Shown one piece after another: positions 1 to 6,639 of a stretch of DNA of 64,000 nt. Below the pieces are notes generated by a model. It searched no databases. It worked only from the letters and a program-made list of their open reading frames with translations, and had not been told where the DNA came from. A program made the position numbers and the translations under genes. Every line of letters begins with the position of its first letter. The stretch's first letter is position 1. This DNA is from Candidatus Hydrogenedentota bacterium (GTDB lineage Bacteria > Hydrogenedentota > Hydrogenedentia > Hydrogenedentales > SLHB01), in contig BTWA01000003.1 in NCBI GenBank assembly GCA_045863295.1, forward strand, positions 64,001 through 128,000, written 5' to 3'.

Positions 1-88
1 GGCGGGTTCGCCAAAAGTACTGAAATGTGAACTCACGATCCTTCAACACCAAAACCTCGCCCACATGTCCGGCCATCGTCCGAATCGC

Positions 89-736
89 CTACGTCGACTG
101 TGAAGCGTCCCGCACAGCAAGGTGCATTTCCCTCATCAGCTCCCCCAAAGCGCCTGCGCCGGGATCGTCGCTCTGAGCCAACTGTTCCAATACGCGCGCC
201 TGGTCTTCGGAAGAGCGGTTCTGGCCAAGTTTAAACTTGCCTTCAACTCGCGTAATGTCCATCGTGAAACCGACTATGGCTTTCATCAGCTTGTCTTTGA
301 ATTCCCGAGGCAATTCACCGTCCCACGAATTGGTGAATCCGGATTCATACTGACGCACGGTCCTGTCAATGAGTGCCTCGAGCAATGTGGCGTCGTCAAT
401 GACCTGCGGTTTGCCGTACATATGGACGACGGCATAGTTCCATGTGGGAACCGCCAGCGAAGCTGCATACCACCGAGGCGAGATGTACCCATGAGGACCA
501 TGGAAGATGACCAACGACTCCTGTGCGCCTTCAAAAGCCTTCCAGTGCGGATTCGCACGCGCCATATGTCCATGTAGAATCCCATGAGCCCCATCCCGCG
601 GCTCAAACAACACGGGAATATGCGTGGCGAAGGGCGCACCATCCACGATGCTGACCATTGTGGCAAAACTATGCTTGACAACAAACGCCTCAAGAACTCC
701 AGACGCAGTCATTGCATACGACTGAGGAACGTACAT
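89..736 (-). CDS. paiB: FMN-binding negative transcriptional regulator (PaiB family)
   Basis: MYVP start, ATHIP, GHMARANPHW, GYISPRWY, VPTWNY and KFKLGQN motifs. ATG at 736 with upstream AAAGG preferred over the longer ORF. Confidence 0.85.
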   Translation of the reverse strand: MYVPQSYAMTASGVLEAFVVKHSFATMVSIVDGAPFATHIPVLFEPRDGAHGILHGHMARANPHWKAFEGAQESLVIFHGPHGYISPRWYAASLAVPTWNYAVVHMYGKPQVIDDATLLEALIDRTVRQYESGFTNSWDGELPREFKDKLMKAIVGFTMDITRVEGKFKLGQNRSSEDQARVLEQLAQSDDPGAGALGELMREMHLAVRDASQST

Positions 737-1031
737 CGTTGCATCGCCTTTCCATAATGATGCCATCGCAACTCGCGATCCCCGGCCGGGCACCTACAGT
801 TAACGGAACCAACCAACTGTATTTTGTTTCACAAGTACGACGGAAGAAACGGCCTGACAGGAAACTGGGCTTAGTGCAGAGCGTCCCCAAGTCGTTGATG
901 GATACGCTTTCAGCGCCTAAACGTGTATCCCATTATGAAAGGCGGGAGTTATGCACATCCAAGTAAACTGACATGGAAAAGTCGTCGAAACCACCGTGCA
1001 AAGTGGGTAGTCAAATGACATGAAGGACGGG

Positions 1032-1067
1032 AAAAAAAGAAAGCGGGAAGCACAGAGCGCTTCCCGC
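1032..1067 (-). terminator. Rho-independent terminator after micropeptide 1
   Basis: Minus strand reads GCGGGAAGC-gctctgt-GCTTCCCGC followed by TTTCTTTTTTT. Confidence 0.85.
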
Positions 1068-1091
1068 CACCATTAGCGAACGGATGAACCG

Positions 1092-1190
1092 TTAGAGAAC
1101 CTGATACAGGACGATGAGAGCCACCACCCACCAGATCCACCAGAACGGATTCAGGAACCACCACCAGAACGCTTTACGGGGAGTCGTCAT
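1092..1190 (-). CDS. Trp-rich micropeptide 1 (32 aa, MTTPRKAFWWWFLNPFWWIWWVVALIVLYQVL)
   Basis: Hand-translated. AAGGAGGT RBS before ATG, TAA stop, terminator downstream and sigma70-like promoter upstream. Below the ORF-track size cutoff. Confidence 0.75.
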   Translation of the reverse strand: MTTPRKAFWWWFLNPFWWIWWVVALIVLYQVL

Positions 1191-1376
1191 TTCGGAAACC
1201 TCCTTCCTATTTTGGATTTTCCCAGCTACTCCTTTACCCCATCTCCCCCTAGGAGACAAGGCACAGGAGATGTTGCCTTGTGAACAGGTGAACTAACGCC
1301 ACCTCATTGAAACCCAGCCCATTGCCCCCAAACCACAGGATCAGGTATTTCAACCCTACCCTGTGTGGCAGGCCAG

Positions 1377-1405
1377 ACTATAGCACAAACCTCACGCGGA
1401 TACAA
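1377..1405 (-). promoter_or_regulatory. Sigma70-like promoter for micropeptide 1
   Basis: TTGTAT-17 nt-TATAGT with extended -10 TG on the minus strand. Confidence 0.65.
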
Positions 1406-1495
1406 GAATTTTTTTGACCTCGCACCCCGCGCGAATCTGTGCTAACCACTACAATACCCTCGGATTACCGCAACGTTTCACGTTTGCCAAAGGTA

Positions 1496-1527
1496 GCGGA
1501 AACCGGCTTTCGATCGCCCACTTCCGC
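1496..1527 (-). terminator. Hairpin downstream of micropeptide 2 (possible terminator)
   Basis: Imperfect stem GCGGAAGTGGGC...GCCGGTTTCCGC with only a weak U tract. Confidence 0.4.
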
Positions 1528-1543
1528 ACGAACCGGTTCACCA

Positions 1544-1642
1544 TCAAACGATGGTGGACGCATTAACCCAGAAATTCCAACCTGCGCTCAAAAATGTGTA
1601 GATGAACACAGGCACCCACCAAAACAGCAGGAACAGCAACAT
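1544..1642 (-). CDS. Trp-rich micropeptide 2 (32 aa, MLLFLLFWWVPVFIYTFLSAGWNFWVNASTIV)
   Basis: Hand-translated. AAAAGGAGG RBS, ATG start, TGA stop, WW at residues 8-9 as in its neighbours. Confidence 0.7.
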   Translation of the reverse strand: MLLFLLFWWVPVFIYTFLSAGWNFWVNASTIV

Positions 1643-1840
1643 TGTCAAGTCCTCCTTTTGTCACAAGATGTCTAAGCCAAACCCCCATGAACCTCGGCCG
1701 TTGCTTGCGCAATTCGGAGTGGGAGAAATAATAGTGCAGTTACGCCTAGATTCTCCTTCCGCTTCCGAAAACGGACAAGGCATGTGTTTCGAATGCGCCG
1801 CAGCCGTCAGCCGCAGCGTGCCGTGAGGCCTGAAAACTTC

Positions 1841-1918
1841 TTAGAACGGGTAAAACGAAGCGTAAATCACGTTCCACAGAAGCCACAGCGGCCACCAGAG
1901 AATCAACCAAAACAACAT
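1841..1918 (-). CDS. Trp-rich micropeptide 3 (25 aa, MLFWLILWWPLWLLWNVIYASFYPF)
   Basis: Hand-translated. AAAGGAGGT RBS, ATG start, TAA stop, own promoter. Confidence 0.75.
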   Translation of the reverse strand: MLFWLILWWPLWLLWNVIYASFYPF

Positions 1919-1981
1919 ACCTCGAACCTCCTTTCTTGTGTCATGTTTCTCACTTTCCGCTCTGTGCGGGTTTGTGCGGAG

Positions 1982-2010
1982 AGTATAGCATAGAGGATCA
2001 GAAGATACAA
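1982..2010 (-). promoter_or_regulatory. Sigma70-like promoter for micropeptide 3
   Basis: TTGTAT-17 nt-TATACT with extended -10 TG. Confidence 0.65.
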
Positions 2011-2087
2011 CGGTTTATGCACCCTGACCCACCCACACTCCAAACAAACCCACGCGAAATTGAAACCAAGCCACGCTAGTGTGCGTC

Positions 2088-2121
2088 AAACAGAAAAGGC
2101 GGACGTTCGCACGCCCGCCTT
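2088..2121 (-). terminator. Rho-independent terminator after micropeptide 4
   Basis: AAGGCGGGCGT-gcga-ACGTCCGCCTT followed by TTCTGTTT; GNRA loop. Confidence 0.8.
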
Positions 2122-2151
2122 GTGCTTACAACACGGTAACGAACGGCTGGC

Positions 2152-2244
2152 TCACGGCACGATAAGATGAGACACGTCCAAGCCAGCACCGAAAATAAAC
2201 CACCAACCCAGCAGAAACCACCAGAAAATCCACAAAAGAATCAT
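2152..2244 (-). CDS. Trp-rich micropeptide 4 (30 aa, MILLWIFWWFLLGWWFIFGAGLDVSHLIVP)
   Basis: Hand-translated. AAAGGAGGT RBS, ATG start, TGA stop, promoter upstream and terminator downstream. Confidence 0.75.
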   Translation of the reverse strand: MILLWIFWWFLLGWWFIFGAGLDVSHLIVP

Positions 2245-2304
2245 ATCGGCGAACCTCCTTTCGCATTCGGTCGTTTACGATGCCCCTAAGCATACGTGTT
2301 TCGC

Positions 2305-2333
2305 ACTCTAACATAGCGGATCTGGATTGTCAA
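2305..2333 (-). promoter_or_regulatory. Sigma70-like promoter for micropeptide 4
   Basis: TTGACA-17 nt-TAGAGT with extended -10 TG. Confidence 0.7.
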
Positions 2334-2408
2334 GCCGAATCCGCCTAAACCAACTGCTTCAACGGGTTGCGTCAACTCACAACACCGCAAAAACCACTCA
2401 GGTCCCTG

Positions 2409-2981
2409 TCAATTAATCTCCACACCCACCTTCGCCAACGAACGGCGAAGATCGTCCGGTGTGAACGGCTTCGTCAATGCCTGGGAGGCACCGCTCTCAG
2501 TCGCACGGCTCGCAAGATCCGGCTCGCCAAGCCGTACCGTCGCTATAATCCGAACCGGCGATGCGTCCGCCAGTTCTTTGATACGGCGGCACAAATCCAG
2601 ACTGTCTACACCCGGAAGATGCATGTCCAAAAATATGACATCGGGCTTGAACGTGCAGACAAGTCGGCCCGCCTCGAAGGCATCCGGCGCAACCTCGATT
2701 TCAAAAGGATGTTGCGCACGCTCTAAAAAACGCTGCACCACCGCGCACACCGTCTTCTCAGGCTCGACCACCAAAATCCGAGTACCGTCACTGCTCAGCT
2801 CGCCGTGAATCGGAATGCTGTTTTCCCGCAAAAAACGGATCAGGTCCTCGCGGCGAATCCGCCGATGACCGCCCGGAGTCTTAAACACATGAATCCGGCC
2901 CGCCTCGGCCCACTTCCGTATCGTATCCGCCGTAACGTGACAATACTTCGCAACTTCAGACGTACTATATGAATCTTTCAT
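2409..2981 (-). CDS. Response regulator: N-terminal excisionase/MerR-like HTH plus receiver domain
   Basis: HTH region YSTSEVAKYCHVTADTIRKW...KTPGGHRRI; REC motifs PDVIFLDMHLPG and LTKPF. Confidence 0.85.
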   Translation of the reverse strand: MKDSYSTSEVAKYCHVTADTIRKWAEAGRIHVFKTPGGHRRIRREDLIRFLRENSIPIHGELSSDGTRILVVEPEKTVCAVVQRFLERAQHPFEIEVAPDAFEAGRLVCTFKPDVIFLDMHLPGVDSLDLCRRIKELADASPVRIIATVRLGEPDLASRATESGASQALTKPFTPDDLRRSLAKVGVEIN

Positions 2982-3063
2982 TGCCCACCGTAAAAGCATC
3001 GAAATGCAAAATGCGAGCCGGGGTCAGCCCCACAAGCTGTGCGGACTCCCCCCACTCTTGCCC

Positions 3064-3095
3064 AAAAAGCGCAGGCCCTCCACGGCACGCCTGCG
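3064..3095 (-). terminator. Terminator after the tRNA pair
   Basis: GCGCAGGC...GCCTGCGC followed by TTTTT on the minus strand. Confidence 0.7.
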
Positions 3096-3111
3096 CCGGT
3101 ACGTGTGTGAG

Positions 3112-3187
3112 TGGAGCTGGATCGGGGAATCGAACCCCGGACCTCATCATTACGAGTGATGCGCTCTACCGACTGAGCTAATCCAGC
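3112..3187 (-). tRNA. tRNA-Thr(CGT)
   Basis: 76-nt cloverleaf with TAGCTCAG..GGTAGAGC D arm, anticodon loop CT-CGT-AA, GTTCGATTC T loop and encoded CCA. Confidence 0.95.
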
Positions 3188-3194
3188 ATAAGAA

Positions 3195-3270
<76 letters not shown>

Positions 3271-3283
3271 ACGAACGGCACAG

Positions 3284-3313
3284 AAGATACTCAAATTATC
3301 CCGCCTAAGTCAA
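3284..3313 (-). promoter_or_regulatory. Sigma70-like promoter of the tRNA pair
   Basis: TTGACT-18 nt-TATCTT just upstream of tRNA-Phe. Confidence 0.5.
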
Positions 3314-3379
3314 GCACACAACCCCACTCCGGGCAATCTCACACCTTCAGCAACCTTCGCCCTTCTCATGCCTAATCCC

Positions 3380-5308
3380 TTACTTGCCTTTGCGTTGGAA
3401 CAAGTTCTTCCGCTTCGGCTCTGACCCACCTGCACTGCCCCCGCCGGAGGGTGAACCGGATCCGGTTATGTTGGGATCGGTCCGTTCCCAACGCTTCTCC
3501 AACACGGACTCCCACTCGGTGGCGGGTTCTTCAGCCGGCTTGGCAGGTTCTTTCCCGCCCGCCTCGCTTGAGGCAGGAATCGGCTTGTCTTGCTTCGTGC
3601 CCGACGTCGTCGCAGGCTTTGGACTGGGCTTGACCGCAGCAACAGGCGGCGTCTCGGACTTCCCGTCCGGACGCTTGAGAGCCAGCGTATCCCCCACGGC
3701 CAACAAGCTCGGGTCTGAAATATCGTTCCAATAAGCAAGCGTGTCCGCATTCAATGCGTACTTCGCCGCAATTTTGGAAAGTGTCTCACCCGTCGCCACC
3801 TGGTGGGTATCGGGTAGTGAAGGACTCTCGGGTTCCATCACCGGGGGCGGTTCCTGTTCGGGAACCGCCGTTCCGTCAACCGGTGAGGCACCACTGTCTG
3901 GAGACGTGTCGACAGCCTCCGTGGGCAATTCGGGATCCGGCGCGGGTGTGTCCGCAACAACCGGCGTGTCAACCGCTGGCGCCGGCGTGTCCGGCACTGG
4001 CGCTGGTTGCGCGGGTTCCGGGGCCGGCTCCACCGGGGCACTTTGATCCGAGTGCTCCACCGGTATCGCTACCGTTTGATCGCCGGTGCTCGCCTGTACC
4101 CCGTCGGATGAAATCGTGACCTTTTGGTCGCCCGATGCCACAGACACTTCAGGGATGGAAGACTTGGCCAAAACGAACACGGAAACCGCTGTCCAAACGC
4201 CCCAGCCTGTCGCGGCAAAAACAACCAGCACAAAGGCAACCGCCAAGCCAACCATCATCGCACTGGGGCCGCTACGGGGCTTTGCTTGTTGCATACCCGC
4301 GTTCTGGGCAGACGGCAACGTAGCGCCGCCCAGCGGGCGCGGAATGGCTGTGTTCGGAGTCAGTACTGTTTGCGCAGCCACCAGGTTCGAACCCTGCATC
4401 GACACCAACGCGTCTCGAAACGCCCGTGCGGACTCAAACCGATCCTGAGGCAGTTTCGCGAGCGACTTGCTCAAAACCGAAGGCAACTGGGCAGGCATCA
4501 TCACCGTTCGCGGCGACGCAAACGGCGGCACCGGCGCGTTCAAATGGCCGTTCAATATCTCCGTCAAGGTCCCTGTATACGGCGGATACCCATTCAAACA
4601 CTGGTACAACACAATGCCCATCGCGTAAATGTCTGTCGATTGGCCCACCGCGCCATACGTCCGTGAATCGATTTGTTCCGGAGCCATGTACATGGGCGTC
4701 CCAGGGCTGACCGCGTTGGTGCTCGTGAGCTTGGTCATCGAGTCATCGCTCGTGTCATCCACACGCGCTATTCCAAAGTCCATCAGTTTGGCCTGCAAAT
4801 GCCCGTCTTGATGAGAAATGAGGATATTGGAAGGCTTGATGTCACGGTGAATGATGCCATTCGCATGTATCCGGCTAAGAGCATCTAGGCATTGGGTCAC
4901 AATCGCCTGAGCTTGATCCCACGTGAAGGGGGTGTCCCTGCTCATGTTGGCTTCGAGCATGGACTGGAGCGTTTCTCCGGTCACAAACTCCATCACCAAC
5001 TGGATGCGGCCATTCTCCTCCAACTTGTCATACAAAGTCACAATGTTGGGATGGGCGCCCACCTTGGCATGAAGCAGACATTCGCGCTCGATACGCTTCC
5101 GGATCTGCTCGTTCGTGCACAAATCCTGTCGAATCGTCTTCAGCGCCACCGGCCGGTTCAAGGTCTGGTCCTCAGCCAGAAACACCTCGCCCATGCCCCC
5201 GGCGCCCAGGGCTTTTACAATACGGTATCGCCCCGCCACCAACTGCGGCGCATCATGGGTGGCGATCGTCTGATCGGGTGCGGGCGTACTATTTGGATTG
5301 GCAGTCAT
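3380..5308 (-). CDS. Hanks-type Ser/Thr protein kinase with TM helix, Pro-rich linker and LysM domain
   Basis: Kinase motifs LGAGGMGEV, VALK, HRDIKPSN, DFG and GTPMYMAPE; TM segment; LysM HQVATGETLSKIAAKY...WNDI...LAVGDTL. Confidence 0.9.
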   Translation of the reverse strand: MTANPNSTPAPDQTIATHDAPQLVAGRYRIVKALGAGGMGEVFLAEDQTLNRPVALKTIRQDLCTNEQIRKRIERECLLHAKVGAHPNIVTLYDKLEENGRIQLVMEFVTGETLQSMLEANMSRDTPFTWDQAQAIVTQCLDALSRIHANGIIHRDIKPSNILISHQDGHLQAKLMDFGIARVDDTSDDSMTKLTSTNAVSPGTPMYMAPEQIDSRTYGAVGQSTDIYAMGIVLYQCLNGYPPYTGTLTEILNGHLNAPVPPFASPRTVMMPAQLPSVLSKSLAKLPQDRFESARAFRDALVSMQGSNLVAAQTVLTPNTAIPRPLGGATLPSAQNAGMQQAKPRSGPSAMMVGLAVAFVLVVFAATGWGVWTAVSVFVLAKSSIPEVSVASGDQKVTISSDGVQASTGDQTVAIPVEHSDQSAPVEPAPEPAQPAPVPDTPAPAVDTPVVADTPAPDPELPTEAVDTSPDSGASPVDGTAVPEQEPPPVMEPESPSLPDTHQVATGETLSKIAAKYALNADTLAYWNDISDPSLLAVGDTLALKRPDGKSETPPVAAVKPSPKPATTSGTKQDKPIPASSEAGGKEPAKPAEEPATEWESVLEKRWERTDPNITGSGSPSGGGSAGGSEPKRKNLFQRKGK

Positions 5309-5581
5309 AAGGCAGTTCAATTCCCATTCGGCAGCCTACCGTCAATAGTATACCGCCAACCGGGCCCTTTTGTAACCAGTCTCGAATTGGCGCCACGGCC
5401 GTACAATTGTCGTTCCCGATTCCTAGTATGCTGATATGCCCGAAATCAACATCGCATACAGAATGAGTCTGTCGCCAATGAAACCTGGCTTGAAGTCCAT
5501 ACCGCCCTGTGCTAATTTCGCGCATTCCCGGCCTGGACCTGGATTTGTTTACCCGGGCCCAAACAGGTAAGAAGTGCGAAC

Positions 5582-6523
5582 ATGCTGGAACACCTTCAGA
5601 CCCTTCCGATGACGCTGCAGAACCCGTCCATGTTTCACGCGGCCATCGTTCACTTTCCCATTGCCTTGTCGGTATTGCTGGTGCCGCTGGTCTACGCCAC
5701 TTTGGCGGTCGAATCTAAAGCGCTGCGCGGCGCGGCGGTGGCGGGGTTCGCCATCCTGACGGCGACAGCGCTCCTGTCCATGCGCACAGGCGATTTCGCG
5801 CGCGACAAACTCTCCAACACGTTGCCCAAGGACATCTGGGACCATATCAACCTACACGCATCCATGGGCGAAAAGCTGTGGATGTTTGGATTGGCAGGCA
5901 CAATCCTGATGAGCCTTACCTTGGTCGAATCGAAGTCTATTCGCAAGACCATGCAATGGCTTTCCCTCGGGATGAGCCTCGCCATTGCAGGATGGACCGG
6001 GCTCCTTGGCCATCTCGGCGGAACGCTTCTGTACGACCACGGCGTAGGCGCGCCGGGGACCCCGGTCAGCCATTTGGCCCCAACCCCAGCGGATAGTGCC
6101 GATCCAGCGGATACCGCGCCTGCCGAGGCTCCCGCTCCCATGGCCGCTTGGGATGCGCCCGTGGATGACGGTTTTACCCCCAAGCGGCTACCGTTTACCC
6201 TGGCCGAGGCCGAATCAGTAAAGTACGAAAAGGACGTAGTGCCCTTGCTCGAATTCTATTGCTACGAATGCCACCGGGCGCGCCGCAAAGAGGGCGAACT
6301 CGACATGACCACGATCGAATCCATGCTTAAGGGCGGGAAAAAGTCCGGGCCTTCCATCATCCCAGGCGATCCGGACGCCAGCCCCCTCATCCGGTACATT
6401 CGAGGCGAATTGCAGCCTCAAATGCCGGAAGACGAAGAACCGCTGGCCGACGATGAGTTGCATCTCTTGCGGCAATGGATCGCCGCGGGCGCCCGTACGG
6501 ACGGTGAAACCTCTGCGCAATAG
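5582..6523 (+). CDS. DUF2231-like membrane domain fused to a Planctomycete-type cytochrome c domain
   Basis: HAAIVHFPIAL and GHLGGTLLYDHG in the membrane part; CYECH heme motif, IIPGDPDASPL, MP and WIAAGA in the cytochrome part. Confidence 0.75.
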   Translation: MLEHLQTLPMTLQNPSMFHAAIVHFPIALSVLLVPLVYATLAVESKALRGAAVAGFAILTATALLSMRTGDFARDKLSNTLPKDIWDHINLHASMGEKLWMFGLAGTILMSLTLVESKSIRKTMQWLSLGMSLAIAGWTGLLGHLGGTLLYDHGVGAPGTPVSHLAPTPADSADPADTAPAEAPAPMAAWDAPVDDGFTPKRLPFTLAEAESVKYEKDVVPLLEFYCYECHRARRKEGELDMTTIESMLKGGKKSGPSIIPGDPDASPLIRYIRGELQPQMPEDEEPLADDELHLLRQWIAAGARTDGETSAQ

Positions 6524-6639
6524 CGCGCGCCACAATCGCACTTTAAGCAACCCTCGAGATGCGTTTCTGTGGTAGACTACACTCAGCGGACAATGCCCCC
6601 TCCGCCATAAACCCACTTCCCCTCAACGGACTTCGCAGA

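Noticed and set aside
1..66. Possible 5' end of a minus-strand gene at the left edge
   Set aside because: About 20 codons with no recognisable motif; cannot be supported within this window.
1293..1322. 9-codon uORF MGWVSMRWR in the leader of micropeptide 1
   Set aside because: The G-rich run is only 2 nt from the ATG, and such short ORFs arise by chance.
1092..2244. Micropeptides as TrpL-type attenuator leaders
   Set aside because: There are no trp genes downstream, four tandem units have separate promoters, and the peptides are TM-length hydrophobic. Trp sensing is not excluded but is unsupported.
2126..2314. 62-aa track ORF (and the 71-aa ORF at 949-1164) overlapping the micropeptides
   Set aside because: Different frames with no RBS, and they run across promoter or terminator elements. 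The short frames have AGGAGG and a shared composition.
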